Source: a virus
Lineage: Duplodnaviria; Heunggongvirae; Uroviricota; Caudoviricetes
IMG/VR virus record: IMGVR_UViG_2897358383_000002
Reading direction: 5' to 3' (one strand)
DNA: 64,000 bases
Shown one piece after another: positions 21,467-31,507 of this stretch; position 1 is the first letter of the stretch; each line of letters starts with the position of its first letter. The translations under genes were made by a program, and so were the position numbers. A model generated the notes under the pieces. That model had not been told where the DNA came from. It saw only the letters and a list, made by a program, of their open reading frames with translations, and made no database searches.

Positions 21467-22108
21467 TTAAAAATAATTATGCTTGCCTGTTAATACCCCT
21501 TTCGGCACTTTTTTTTGTTCCAGTATCTGGGTGCCCAGAATTATGTTAATCAGTGGACTTAGTAACGATGGTTCTTGGCGGGCCTCAACTTCTCCAGCCA
21601 TTGCCCTGATGTAGTCGGCGCTGGCAACGTTGTTGTATTCCGTCGCAAAGCAACATAGTAACGTCAGAACATGCTCTGTCGTTATTTCGCTCCAGTTGAT
21701 GTTGAAAAATTCATCGCCTTTTTTATCGTGTTCGGAATCGAAGATGCTTTGGTGGAGAATGTATTTGCCGGATTCCTTGCGCGGTAACTTGATTGCTTTC
21801 TGGCGTTCCAGCTCCTTATAAATCTGCATTGCCTCAATTAGTACCGGCCTGCCGTTCATGAAGGGATCGCGCAACCTTACACGCTGGCCAACTCGACCAG
21901 TAATAAAGCTGTTTTCCTCTTCCACCAGCACGATAAAACCCTTTTCCTCTTTTTCTCGCAATTCGCGCAGCAGCTGGAGTTCCATATCGCGGCGGCGTTC
22001 AGGGTAGCTGGTCCGCTCAGCCATTATCAGCTCGTTATTGATCCATGCAGCAGTCATTGACGCCGGTTTGCCGACGCTCATCGACACAACGCATATTTTC
22101 TTATCCAT
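21467..22108 (-). CDS. hypothetical 214-aa protein (possibly Mat-like by position)
   Basis: start chosen at MDKKICVV with GGGGG RBS; backbone-like GC content. Confidence 0.4.
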   Translation of the reverse strand: MDKKICVVSMSVGKPASMTAAWINNELIMAERTSYPERRRDMELQLLRELREKEEKGFIVLVEEENSFITGRVGQRVRLRDPFMNGRPVLIEAMQIYKELERQKAIKLPRKESGKYILHQSIFDSEHDKKGDEFFNINWSEITTEHVLTLLCCFATEYNNVASADYIRAMAGEVEARQEPSLLSPLINIILGTQILEQKKVPKGVLTGKHNYF

Positions 22109-22297
22109 AGCGCCCCCTACAAAAAAGAAAAGCCACCAGCGGCGGCTTAGCAATACAACTGAAGGTAGCGCCCGGTACTCAGACTGTGCCGTCCATGGAA
22201 TATTTGAAAAGGGATCCATCCGTACCGGGCATGTGATGATTCTGACTGAAGTCACTTGTCAGTTGTCAATTATTTCAGATTAAAAATAATATATTTA

Positions 22298-22858
22298 TTA
22301 GTGCATGATGTTTGCCATCTCATAGGCGTCAGCCAGCAACTCCATCTCTGACTTGTTCAGCAAGGTGAATTCTTTCTTGCCTCCAACCACACCATCGGCA
22401 TGAACAGGGACCAGCCAGGGGTATTTTTCTCTTACTTCAGCCGGTGCTGCATGCTGGTGGTGCCATCTACAAAGGGGCAATTGCTTTTTGTGACAACCCG
22501 GCGCGGTACGACCGGAGATATGGTGCAGAGATACCTCTTCAGATATTACTCCATGCATGTAGCAGGCAATGCAGGGGAGAGCGCCAAGAGCATTGGCGAT
22601 GCGCCGTTCCTCCGCCGTTGGTGTTCTCCCCTTCAAGCCACGAGATTTTATTTTTACCGCGCTTTTCCGCGTTTTGCTGGCTGGTGGGCGCTCTTTCTGT
22701 TTAGCGATACGGCGGTCGATAGAATCCCGCATTTTCTGATATTGCGATTCTCGCCAAGCGGGGTCAGCCAACTTTTCCCGTTGCCGAGCGATCGCTCGTT
22801 CTCTGGCAGCCTTCTGCCACTCGCGGCGCTGTTCAAGTTTTTGTTCGATTGTTTTCAT
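22298..22858 (-). CDS. ref: Ref-like HNH endonuclease (recombination enhancement function), 186 aa
   Basis: start chosen at MKTIEQKLEQ; Cys/His-rich HNH-like core; adjacent to cre; C1 operator upstream. Confidence 0.8.
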   Translation of the reverse strand: MKTIEQKLEQRREWQKAARERAIARQREKLADPAWRESQYQKMRDSIDRRIAKQKERPPASKTRKSAVKIKSRGLKGRTPTAEERRIANALGALPCIACYMHGVISEEVSLHHISGRTAPGCHKKQLPLCRWHHQHAAPAEVREKYPWLVPVHADGVVGGKKEFTLLNKSEMELLADAYEMANIMH

Positions 22859-22956
22859 ATGGCAAAAAAAAGGCGGCCTAATGGCCGCCAATGATGTCAA
22901 GGAGTTAAGTAATGGCAACGTCTTCGTAGTTGACAAAAACTGCGGCTTAATTATAG

Positions 22957-22973
22957 CAATCAATTAGAGCAAT
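22957..22973 (-). promoter_or_regulatory. C1 operator-like site upstream of ref (14/17)
   Basis: core attgctctaat conserved. Confidence 0.5.
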
Positions 22974-23104
22974 GGTAGATATTTTGTTAATCGCGAATCA
23001 CATTTTTTCACTTCAGTACCTGTGTGCTATACTCCTTCTTGATTGATTGGATGCGGAATACAAACCCGCTCTTTTGTGCAGCCTGGCTCCTTGCCAGGCT
23101 TTTT

Positions 23105-23416
23105 TTATTTCATCATGGAAGCTGTTAACGCTTTGGATCTTGCTGAACTGATTGAAAGGGCATTGTTTACCTTACCCAGGAGTTCGCCAAATTCCGCCAT
23201 CACTCTAGTAAGCCCGCGCCGCGCTTCCTCCTCCGTTGCATTCATCACAAAATGTTCAGCACTCCGCATACTTTTAACGGGGAACGCAACAGATATCGAG
23301 TCGATATCAGGCATCCTATCGCTCAACTTTACGGTGACAATGACAGATGGTGACTGAATTTGAGAGCTTACAGACAGCACCACATATTTTCCGTCTATTT
23401 TGAAATCCTTCCGCAT
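23105..23416 (-). CDS. hypothetical 103-aa protein between cre and ref (Cra-like by position)
   Basis: ORF track; position. Confidence 0.4.
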   Translation of the reverse strand: MRKDFKIDGKYVVLSVSSQIQSPSVIVTVKLSDRMPDIDSISVAFPVKSMRSAEHFVMNATEEEARRGLTRVMAEFGELLGKVNNALSISSARSKALTASMMK

Positions 23417-23442
23417 GTGTCACCATAAATATCAAATGATTA

Positions 23443-23459
23443 GAGCAATCAAGCGCAAA
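23443..23459 (-). promoter_or_regulatory. C1 operator-like site (13-14/17) between cre and the 103-aa ORF
   Basis: core attgctctaat conserved. Confidence 0.45.
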
Positions 23460-23466
23460 TGAACGG

Positions 23467-24498
23467 CTAATCGCCATCTTCCAGCAGGCGCACCATTGCC
23501 CCCGTTTCACTATCCAGGTTACGGATATAGTTCATGACAATATTTACGTTGGTCCAGCCACCAGCTTGCATGATCTCCGGTATTGAAACTCCGGCGCGGG
23601 CCATATCTCGCGCGGCTCCGACACGGGCACTGTGTCCAGACCAGGCCAGGTATCTCTGACCAGAGTCATCCTTAGCGCCGTAAATCAATCGATGAGTTGC
23701 TTCAAAAATCCCTTCCAGGGCGCGAGTTGATAGCTGGCTGGTGGCAGATGGCGCGGCAACACCATTTTTTCTGACACGGCAAAACAAGTAGTTATTCGGA
23801 TCATCAGCCACACCAGAGACAGAAATCCATCGCTCGACCAGTTTAGTTACCCCCAGGCTAAGTGCCTTCTCTACACCTGCGGTGCTAACCAGCGTTTTCG
23901 TTCTGCCAATATGGATTAACATTCTCCCACCGTCAGTACGTGAGATATCTTTAACCCTGATCCTGGCAATTTCGGCTATACGTAATAGGGTGTTATAAGC
24001 AATCCCCAGAAATGCCAGATTACGTATATCCTGGCAGCGATCGCTATTTTCCATGAGTGAACGAACCTGGTCGAAATCAGTGCGTTCGAACGCCAGTGCC
24101 TGTTTTGCACGTTCACCGGCATCAACGTTTTCTTTTCGGATCCGTCGCATGACCAGTGAAACAGCATTACTGTCACTTGGTCGTGGCAGCCCGGACCGAC
24201 GATGAAGCATGTTTAGCTGGCCCAAATGTTGCTGGATAGTTTTTACTGCCAGACCGCGCGCCTGAAGATATAGAAGATAATCGCGAACATCTTCAGGTTC
24301 TGCGGGAAACCATTTCCGGTTATTCAACTTGCACCATGCCGCCCACGACCGGCAAACGGACAGAAGCATTTTCCAGGTATGCTCAGAAAACGCCTGGCGA
24401 TCCCTGAACATGTCCATCAGGTTCTTGCGAACCTCATCACTCGTTGCATCGACCGGTAATGCAGGCAAATTTTGGTGTACGGTCAGTAAATTGGACAT
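23467..24498 (-). CDS. cre: Cre site-specific tyrosine recombinase, 343 aa
   Basis: translation MSNLLTVHQNLPALPVDATSDEVRKNL...MVRLLEDGD matches canonical Cre as I recall it. Confidence 0.98.
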   Translation of the reverse strand: MSNLLTVHQNLPALPVDATSDEVRKNLMDMFRDRQAFSEHTWKMLLSVCRSWAAWCKLNNRKWFPAEPEDVRDYLLYLQARGLAVKTIQQHLGQLNMLHRRSGLPRPSDSNAVSLVMRRIRKENVDAGERAKQALAFERTDFDQVRSLMENSDRCQDIRNLAFLGIAYNTLLRIAEIARIRVKDISRTDGGRMLIHIGRTKTLVSTAGVEKALSLGVTKLVERWISVSGVADDPNNYLFCRVRKNGVAAPSATSQLSTRALEGIFEATHRLIYGAKDDSGQRYLAWSGHSARVGAARDMARAGVSIPEIMQAGGWTNVNIVMNYIRNLDSETGAMVRLLEDGD

Positions 24499-24908
24499 TT
24501 AACACTCAGATAATGGTTTTAAGTAAAGTGTACAGGATCGGCTCTGCCTTTACCTGTTTATGGTTCTCGTCATAGAAACGCCAGCGACCGCGCGTGCGTT
24601 CTATTTTCTCTTCACCGCGCGATAATGACAGTTGACAACTATCACGATCAAACCCTTTTGCCCGCCAGTAACCACGGTTTTTCTCAAGCTCAAGATGAGT
24701 GGACACTTTAGCAGCTGAATATCCCATTTTTCACCTCTGATTGATTGGTGGTGCTAAGTGCGCTACGCGAAATCTGGAGCACTAACACTGCCAACATTTC
24801 GCAGATTTTACGTAGCGCAACCTTGATCAAATGATCACTATTTGACCTGATAAGGTATTGAACTGTATGGATTTACAGGTAAATTGATCATGTTCAATAA
24901 CCCTTAAG

Positions 24909-24942
24909 ATAACTTCGTATAATGTATGCTATACGAAGTTAT
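24909..24942 (+). other. loxP recombination site (13-bp arms, 8-bp spacer ATGTATGC)
   Basis: exact ATAACTTCGTATAATGTATGCTATACGAAGTTAT, about 410 bp upstream of cre. Confidence 0.98.
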
Positions 24943-24985
24943 CAGGTCCGAAGAGGAGTTTACGTCCAGCTGCGCACAAAAATCA

Positions 24986-25002
24986 AGAATTATTAGAGCA
25001 AT
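24986..25002 (-). promoter_or_regulatory. C1 operator-like site (15/17), immunity-region operator cluster
   Basis: match to C1 operator consensus. Confidence 0.55.
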
Positions 25003-25062
25003 AAATTTGGAGAGAAAAATCCCACTCCACCAGCTAAAAACTGGATTGTTTTTCATAGTTGT

Positions 25063-25085
25063 TTGACAATTGCTCTAATAAATTA
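25063..25085 (+). promoter_or_regulatory. C1 operator (attgctctaataaatta, 16/17) abutting a TTGACA -35 hexamer; candidate coi-c1 promoter/operator
   Basis: TTGACA at 25063..25068 directly followed by operator. Confidence 0.6.
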
Positions 25086-25323
25086 TAGTTTTGCCGCCGT
25101 TACGTAATACGACTTTGGATTCACTATTTAATGTGTCTTCAGCGTTGTAGAGCGGCTCAGAAGGAAATGAGCAAACAGGGAAACCTTATACAACGGCATT
25201 ACAGCTATGCATTGCTCATCTTACACACAGCGCAATGTTGTTAGATTACCCCAGCATGGATCATGGGTGAAACAGTAGGTCAGAGCTTCAGGCTCTGTGT
25301 TGTCAATACAGTGAGGCATAATT

Positions 25324-25533
25324 ATGGCTTTCATTCAACCAACCATCGACGACGTTAGACATTGCTCTAACGCTTTATCTGTAGACCCTGCCGAAACCGA
25401 CGCTGCCCGCGCCATTGCTGAACACTACTCAAAGATATCCAATCAGGAGTACCGCATCACCCAAGACGACTTGGATGACCTCACTGACACAATCGAATAT
25501 CTCATGGCAACTAACCAGTTAGACTCACAATAA
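25324..25533 (+). CDS. coi: Coi-like C1 inactivator, 69 aa
   Basis: size and position immediately upstream of c1 downstream of the operator cluster. Confidence 0.65.
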   Translation: MAFIQPTIDDVRHCSNALSVDPAETDAARAIAEHYSKISNQEYRITQDDLDDLTDTIEYLMATNQLDSQ

Positions 25534-25643
25534 ATGCACTAATAAATCTATTATTTTTGTTTGATCCCTCTATAATATAGGTCAGTAATGACCGGTTTTC
25601 TCAGCCGGGCGTTATTGACCATGTCAATTCTGGAGGAGGATCA

Positions 25644-26495
25644 ATGATAAATTATGTCTACGGCGAACAACTGTACCAGGAGTTCGTCAGCTTCAGGGAT
25701 CTCTTTCTAAAAAAAGCTGTTGCACGCGCCCAACACGTTGATACAGCCAGCGACGGTCGTCCTGTACGCCCGGTTGTCGTTCTACCGTTCAAAGAAACTG
25801 ACAGCATTCAGGCTGAAATTGATAAATGGACTTTAATGGCGCGGGAACTGGAACAGTACCCAGACCTCAATATCCCAAAGACTATTTTATATCCAGTGCC
25901 TAACATCCTTCGCGGTGTGCGTAAGGTTACAACTTATCAGACAGAAGCTGTGAACAGCGTCAACATGACCGCTGGCCGCATTATTCATCTGATTGATAAG
26001 GACATTCGCATCCAAAAAAGCGCGGGGATCAATGAGCACAGTGCGAAATACATAGAGAACCTGGAAGCAACAAAAGAGCTAATGAAGCAGTACCCGGAGG
26101 ATGAAAAATTCCGTATGCGCGTACACGGCTTTAGCGAAACAATGCTGCGCGTCCACTACATTTCCAGTAGCCCTAACTACAATGATGGTAAATCAGTTAG
26201 TTACCATGTGCCACTGTGTGGCGTGTTTATCTGCGATGAAACTCTCCGTGATGGAATTATCATCAACGGTGAATTCGAAAAAGCAAAATTTAGCCTTTAT
26301 GACTCCATAGAACCGATCATCTGCGACCGCTGGCCGCAAGCAAAAATATATCGCCTGGCAGATATTGAAAATGTAAAAAAACAAATTGCCATCACTCGCG
26401 AAGAGAAAAAGGTTAAGTCAGCCGCATCAGTTACGCGCAGCCGTAAAACCAAGAAGGGGCAGCCAGTAAACGACAACCCCGAAAGCGCGCAATAA
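25644..26495 (+). CDS. c1: C1 repressor of lysis, 283 aa
   Basis: MINYVYGEQLYQEFVSFRDLFLKK... matches P1 C1 as I recall; cognate operators throughout window. Confidence 0.9.
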   Translation: MINYVYGEQLYQEFVSFRDLFLKKAVARAQHVDTASDGRPVRPVVVLPFKETDSIQAEIDKWTLMARELEQYPDLNIPKTILYPVPNILRGVRKVTTYQTEAVNSVNMTAGRIIHLIDKDIRIQKSAGINEHSAKYIENLEATKELMKQYPEDEKFRMRVHGFSETMLRVHYISSSPNYNDGKSVSYHVPLCGVFICDETLRDGIIINGEFEKAKFSLYDSIEPIICDRWPQAKIYRLADIENVKKQIAITREEKKVKSAASVTRSRKTKKGQPVNDNPESAQ

Positions 26496-26498
26496 ATT

Positions 26499-26520
26499 AT
26501 GCCCGGCATCAACCGGGCAT
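26499..26520. terminator. hairpin atgcccgg-catcaa-ccgggcat between convergent c1 and antirepressor-like gene
   Basis: 8-bp perfect stem. Confidence 0.5.
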
Positions 26521-26527
26521 TCTTCCA

Positions 26528-27646
26528 TTATTCAGCCGCCACCGGTTTTAACAAGCCAGCATCGAGCAGTTTACGCGTCAACCACTGCTGGCCTTTACCC
26601 GTTAATTGAGGCGTCAACCGTATCTGGTAGCCATCTTCATCATCCAGCACCACTTCTTTCACCGTGAAATACCCCGCGTTGATGTACTGCTGGAACGGCA
26701 CATTTTTACGTCCACCGGACGCTATCAGGATGCCGTTCTCCCGTAACCAGACAAACAGCGCGTTTTGTTTAAGTCCAACAACCTTTGCAAAATTCCCAAT
26801 CAGGATCCCTTTAGCTACTGATACCCGGTCGGCAAAATCGACTTTAGGAGCGGCGGCCACCAGCTGCTGATTTAGCTGGTGGGCTTTCTGTTCCAGAAGT
26901 TGCTTTTGTTCAGCCAGTTCGGCAGCCAGGCGTAGGGCTTCAGGAAGCGTCTGGGGGATTGCGATCGGTTGCTGTTCTTTTTGTCGGAAGTAGCTGTCTT
27001 CCAGTTTTTCAAAGAATGCCCATGCCTGATCGGTTTCGAGCATTTTAGCGTGGCGGGCTGCGCCGCGTTCTGTCCAGAGGGTGAGTGAGCGAACATTGCG
27101 AGCAATTTTTACAGAGTAGTTTAAAGCTACTCTGTGCTTCAACTCGCGCAATGATTCTCCTTCAACTTTGAAAAAGTGCTTCCCTTCAACAAAGCGTACT
27201 TTGTTCTCATGATGATTTTGGCGAATACGGATTGTTTCTGTCCCATACCCTCTAGCAAGAGTCTCGGTTGTCACTACACGCACTCCCTGCCATTCCAGAA
27301 CGGGAATTTCATCAGACTGATTCTGAACAACCACCAGCTCCGATTCTTGAACTGAAGGTGCATGAATTTTTTCTGATTTAACGTTAGTTGCTTTCATTCT
27401 GTGTGCCTCCTTGCGTGCTTCGGCTGCGGCGGTTGCGTAATTCAGATGACCCTGTTCGAGCAGGTATTCGCGGATATCAGACAACAGGATACGGTGAACC
27501 GCGTTCTTGTCCTTTCTCCGGTAAAGTTGTTTGGTGATCATGAAGTAGTTGGCAATAACGCCTGGTATATCCCTGGTACTGATACAGGCAGTGTGCTGTT
27601 CAATTGCCTCGATCATCTCTTCACGGGTGACTAATGACGTTCTCAT
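26528..27646 (-). CDS. phage antirepressor-like protein (ORF6N-type N-terminal domain plus KilA-C/ANT-type C-terminal domain), 372 aa
   Basis: motifs VLEWQGVRVVTTETLARGYG...VRFVEGKHFF and C-terminal ...VPFQQYINAGYF...; translationally coupled to upstream small ORF. Confidence 0.65.
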   Translation of the reverse strand: MRTSLVTREEMIEAIEQHTACISTRDIPGVIANYFMITKQLYRRKDKNAVHRILLSDIREYLLEQGHLNYATAAAEARKEAHRMKATNVKSEKIHAPSVQESELVVVQNQSDEIPVLEWQGVRVVTTETLARGYGTETIRIRQNHHENKVRFVEGKHFFKVEGESLRELKHRVALNYSVKIARNVRSLTLWTERGAARHAKMLETDQAWAFFEKLEDSYFRQKEQQPIAIPQTLPEALRLAAELAEQKQLLEQKAHQLNQQLVAAAPKVDFADRVSVAKGILIGNFAKVVGLKQNALFVWLRENGILIASGGRKNVPFQQYINAGYFTVKEVVLDDEDGYQIRLTPQLTGKGQQWLTRKLLDAGLLKPVAAE

Positions 27647-27864
27647 AGTCCCTCCTGAGCAGAAGCGTTAACAGGGAGGCACCAGTAACTGAGAGAATTG
27701 CGTGAATCAGTGGAAAAACGGGCAGAGAAAATACATGGGGCGTCAGGAAGCTGAGAGCGGGCCTCATCTTCTGTCGGTGCAATAACGAAGTGATAGTGAC
27801 GTTTTTGGCAGGAGTAAAAGCGCCAGATAAATTCAGGATGAGTTGGGGTAGGGATAGTAGCCAT
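27643..27864 (-). CDS. hypothetical 73-aa protein (alternative 149-aa form from ATG at 28092)
   Basis: AAGGAGG 7 nt upstream of ATG at 27864; stop overlaps start of antirepressor-like gene. Confidence 0.35.
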   Translation of the reverse strand: MATIPTPTHPEFIWRFYSCQKRHYHFVIAPTEDEARSQLPDAPCIFSARFSTDSRNSLSYWCLPVNASAQEGL

Positions 27865-28183
27865 ATTGGCAGCCTCCTTAGACGTTGGTATGTAACCACC
27901 GCAGAAGAGACCAATCTTGCTGGCGGTGGACTGTACGGAGTTGGCCTTACTGGCGTCCAAGGTAACCAGCCTACCCGAAGGTAGCCCCATACAGCCCACC
28001 ATTGTAGAGGTGTGCGTGTACGCCGATACAAAAAAAAGACGCGAGCGGCGTCTGTATCGCCTTAGACTTAAGCGGGAGGCCAATCCCGGCACCCGTTTTA
28101 ATGAGGTGCCTGATAAGCATAAACCGAAAATGCCTCAAGGCGCAAGAGGTCAGGCTCAATGTAACATCGGTAGTTAAAAAACA

Positions 28184-28200
28184 CAATTTATTAGAGCAAA
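28184..28200 (-). promoter_or_regulatory. C1 operator-like site (15/17) upstream of the small-ORF/antirepressor operon
   Basis: ttgctctaataaatt core. Confidence 0.5.
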
Positions 28201-28203
28201 TAT

Positions 28204-29688
28204 TCATTCATTAAGCCATGCCAGAGCTTCATCAACCTGCGCTTCGTCTTCGACGCTAAGCACTTCATCCTGGGGAACATAATCCGCCAGCATAGCGAAA
28301 CAATATGTATCCCAATGGTCTGGTGAGTGCAGGTTGAGTTTTTTCTTCATATCCTCCTTACTCATCACCTTCCATTGACCTGCGGAGTTAATCCCTACAG
28401 GGATTTTCGACGCTTCCTCAATAGTTTCATTACCCTTATCCAGTCTCATACGACCAGATTTTACGGCCTCTGCGGCTTGAACGTTGGCATAAGCACGTTT
28501 ATCAAAGTACAGGCTCTTATCTTCACGGCTATGCATCTTTTTACCCCAGCGTATACGCTGTACGGTAATACCATAATACTCGTACATCAGATCCGCCGTT
28601 GCTTTACCCAGGCCATCGCCGTCTATCGCTATGGTGATATTTGGGAATCGCTCAGGATTACATTCTGCGAAAATTTTGGCGGCAAGCTGCGTTTCTGTAA
28701 CGTCTGTGTATTCCAGCATTCGATAGTTGATTACACGGCGTTTATTTCGCTGGCCGGACACCATCATGATATTGATAACGGACTTATCCCGTCCCGTACC
28801 ACCAGCAACGTCCACACATGCAAGCCAGCCCCATCCTTTGGCAATCTTGACTTTCCGCCGCGTTGCACGTTCAACCTCATCACGTCCAAGAAGGAAGCCA
28901 TCCTGTGATTTAGGGAATAGGCCGCGTACCTTAATCATGTACATAGGGTTATCACGCCCGCCGTACTCCGCCAGCTTCATTTTGATAAATGCTGGCGTTA
29001 CCAACGGTGATTCCTCACTGTTAAGCGTGATCGCCGTATAAACGCCATCAGGGTTACCAGGACGCTTGGCCAGTTTATGGTGTGTATCGTAGAAATAGCC
29101 GCTTGGGCGTGTAGGCTGTGACAGCAATAAGATGCGGTTATCCTGTCCGGTAAGAGCACCGGTGATGATACCGAAAGCTCTATCACTGACACCGGAGGCT
29201 TCATCGATAATATACAGAAGATGATCTGCGTGTTCACCGGCGAGAGCTTCTTCACTTCCCAGACGAAAGCCCTTCGGTACTACAGTCCATACACCTTTAC
29301 CAGTAACCTCATAGAAAGCGGTTTCTGTCAGAACAAAATAATCAGCAAGCCATGGAAAACGGCTGGTGGCAGTAGCCCAGTTTATCTTGATGTACTTGAA
29401 TATACCGGTCATTACCTGCTGAATTTTGTTCGCAACGATAATGGCGCGGGCACCGGGATACATGATTATGAACAACATGATCATGATAGAAGTCATGTCT
29501 GATTTCCCGGTACCGTGACCAGACGAAACAGATGTCTTGCTACCCTGTTCCTGCACAGACTCAATAATCAGATCCTGCTGCCAGGTAGGTGTTTTGCCGA
29601 ACAAAACATCAGCGGCAGCAATCCAGTCATAACGATATAGCGCCACCAGCTCGCGCCAACGTGGATCCGTTACGCAACTTCTGGCCAT
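28204..29688 (-). CDS. pacB: terminase large subunit PacB, 494 aa
   Basis: Walker A SGHGTGKS; downstream of pacA. Confidence 0.85.
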   Translation of the reverse strand: MARSCVTDPRWRELVALYRYDWIAAADVLFGKTPTWQQDLIIESVQEQGSKTSVSSGHGTGKSDMTSIMIMLFIIMYPGARAIIVANKIQQVMTGIFKYIKINWATATSRFPWLADYFVLTETAFYEVTGKGVWTVVPKGFRLGSEEALAGEHADHLLYIIDEASGVSDRAFGIITGALTGQDNRILLLSQPTRPSGYFYDTHHKLAKRPGNPDGVYTAITLNSEESPLVTPAFIKMKLAEYGGRDNPMYMIKVRGLFPKSQDGFLLGRDEVERATRRKVKIAKGWGWLACVDVAGGTGRDKSVINIMMVSGQRNKRRVINYRMLEYTDVTETQLAAKIFAECNPERFPNITIAIDGDGLGKATADLMYEYYGITVQRIRWGKKMHSREDKSLYFDKRAYANVQAAEAVKSGRMRLDKGNETIEEASKIPVGINSAGQWKVMSKEDMKKKLNLHSPDHWDTYCFAMLADYVPQDEVLSVEDEAQVDEALAWLNE

Positions 29689-30881
29689 TAATCATCATCC
29701 CCGTATAGCTTGCGGGTAACTTCTTCGTCTTCCTCCTCGTCTTCGTCCAGGTCTTGTTCCAGCCATGGGTCGTTTGATACACCTTCAGTATCAACATCTC
29801 CATAACCGCCTGTATCAACGATATCGGCGATTTCTTCCCTACGCTGCTCAATCCACAATGCGGCATCGGCGCGGCGGTTGGCGGCCCGTTCTCGCGCAAC
29901 TTTGTCCAGATCTTCAAGAGAAGGGCCACCGACGGCTGTTTGCCTTTCCTCATCATCGGTATTGGTCTTAGGAGCACGCAGATCGGCTTTGATTTGCTCC
30001 AGCATCAGGGGCGGCACTTTTCCGCCATGCGCCTCGATGAATTCAGCTGCTTCCAGCACTGACCAGTTATTTTCACGCTTTCGTTCGTATGCCAGCTTAA
30101 CAATGCCAGCTTGCCCCATAGATAAAGCGTGCTTTTCCGCCTCCCGGCTTTCTTTTCGATAGTTATTCCGGATGCTGTAAATGGTGTTGATCAGGCTGCT
30201 TATCTGCGCGGAACAGCTGTTTAGCATGCTCGCGATACGATATTCAGGCGGAGTCCCTTCATCATCGTCTTTTTGCTGATCGCGCATTTCCTGCACCAGA
30301 CGAATACACGTATCCCTGGCGTTCTCCAGCATAAGGAGATGAGAAAGAGACTTTTCCAGAAGAGTGGTTTCCAGAACATCGGCCCCGGACCGACGCAACA
30401 TAGCGCGAGCGGCCTTCCGCGCTTCAACGTTATCTATCAGGTAATCGCCAGCTTCGAATTCAAAGCGTTCACCATCATCATCCAGGGTGTCGCGTTCCAG
30501 GCGATCACGTAAGGTCCGGTGGGCGCGGGTGATCACGTCATGATCATCAGAACGATCATTTATACGCTTATTTTGGCGCTTCGCATTCTCGACTGCGGCA
30601 CTGATAACGGCATTAACCCTTTGTTTTTCCGCTATTTCATCCGCAATGTGATCACCTGCATGTTGATCATTAGAGTGATCAATGATCATGCTTTTTAGTG
30701 GCTTCCTGACTGGTTTATTTGGCTTGCGGCTGTCCGCTGTCCTGGTGTCTTCTTTGAAGGCACGGAGATAACGACGTGCAGTATTAGGGTTAAGATTAAA
30801 CTCGGCGGCATACTGTGCGATGGTGTAACCACCATCTCGCGCCAGGCGAGCAAAATTCTTCTTGTGATCGTCCCAGGTCAC
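29688..30881 (-). CDS. pacA: terminase small subunit PacA (contains pac site), 397 aa
   Basis: pac hexamer cluster inside the gene; N-terminal HTH-like region. Confidence 0.8.
   Translation of the reverse strand: MTWDDHKKNFARLARDGGYTIAQYAAEFNLNPNTARRYLRAFKEDTRTADSRKPNKPVRKPLKSMIIDHSNDQHAGDHIADEIAEKQRVNAVISAAVENAKRQNKRINDRSDDHDVITRAHRTLRDRLERDTLDDDGERFEFEAGDYLIDNVEARKAARAMLRRSGADVLETTLLEKSLSHLLMLENARDTCIRLVQEMRDQQKDDDEGTPPEYRIASMLNSCSAQISSLINTIYSIRNNYRKESREAEKHALSMGQAGIVKLAYERKRENNWSVLEAAEFIEAHGGKVPPLMLEQIKADLRAPKTNTDDEERQTAVGGPSLEDLDKVARERAANRRADAALWIEQRREEIADIVDTGGYGDVDTEGVSNDPWLEQDLDEDEEEDEEVTRKLYGDDD
30531..30688. other. pac packaging site: two clusters of TGATCA(C/G) hexamers (3 + 4) carrying GATC Dam sites
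   Basis: gatcacgtcatgatcatcagaacgatca ... gtgatcacctgcatgttgatcattagagtgatcaatgatca. Confidence 0.75.
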
Positions 30882-30966
30882 TTATGCTTCCTTTCGTAAA
30901 AACTCTTTTTGACGCGAGGGTAACGAAAGTCACATGTCAAAAGGCCCGGAACGGGCAAGCAATCAA

Positions 30967-31419
30967 TCAGATACGTGCGGATGTGGCATTACCGTAATGA
31001 CGGTGCTGACGGGCCACCTTATTGAAAAGTTGACGCGCCATTACCCAAGGCTGGTGCTCCCGGCGTTCCTTTTCGTCCTGCGTCATATAGAGTTCGTTCT
31101 GGAGTTTTTCATCAAACCGGCGCGGAGCGCGGCTACGGCGAAAGAATTCAGGATTCAGAGAGTGGATCTGAAATCTACGTGGGCGTGTACTGTCATCAAT
31201 CAAAACAGACGAATACTTAGACACAGCGATAGCCTTTAAGCGCAGATAAACATCGCGCTTATCGACATCCAGATGCGGGTATTCCTTTTCAAGGATTGCT
31301 GCGAGTTCTTTCGCTGATAGAAGAGATTTAGTGCGAATCATGTAATCCGCAATCTCATACGATGTAATTCGTGAGTGATTTATTTCCATGAAGTGGCGTC
31401 CCTGCCAGTTAAGTAACAT
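30967..31419 (-). CDS. lpa: Lpa-like late promoter activator, 150 aa
   Basis: size, position upstream of pacA, C1 operator upstream. Confidence 0.65.
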   Translation of the reverse strand: MLLNWQGRHFMEINHSRITSYEIADYMIRTKSLLSAKELAAILEKEYPHLDVDKRDVYLRLKAIAVSKYSSVLIDDSTRPRRFQIHSLNPEFFRRSRAPRRFDEKLQNELYMTQDEKERREHQPWVMARQLFNKVARQHRHYGNATSARI

Positions 31420-31489
31420 CCTGTCACCTACTGATTAGCCCATGTCAACTAATCAACGACGAATATAATACCATCGATTAAAGAAATAG

Positions 31490-31506
31490 CAATACATTAG
31501 AGCAAT
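31490..31506 (-). promoter_or_regulatory. C1 operator-like site (13/17) upstream of lpa
   Basis: core attgctctaat. Confidence 0.45.
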
Positions 31507-31507
31507 T

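Noticed and set aside
22136-22320. Weak operator-like sequence (atatttattagtgcatg) upstream of the 214-aa gene
   Set aside because: Three or more mismatches in the conserved core; not called as a C1 operator.
24506-24727. 73-aa ORF between cre and loxP
   Set aside because: Falls in the roughly 400-bp cre promoter region; no RBS; probably non-coding.
24909-24942. loxP plus canonical-looking Cre as a sign of an engineered construct
   Set aside because: Surrounded by contiguous phage genes (ref, coi, c1, pacAB, phd-doc) and C1 operators with no vector features; a native P1-like context is the simpler reading.
27643-28092. 149-aa form of the ORF upstream of the antirepressor-like gene
   Set aside because: Not excluded, but the strong AAGGAGG RBS sits before the internal ATG at 27864, so the 73-aa form was annotated.
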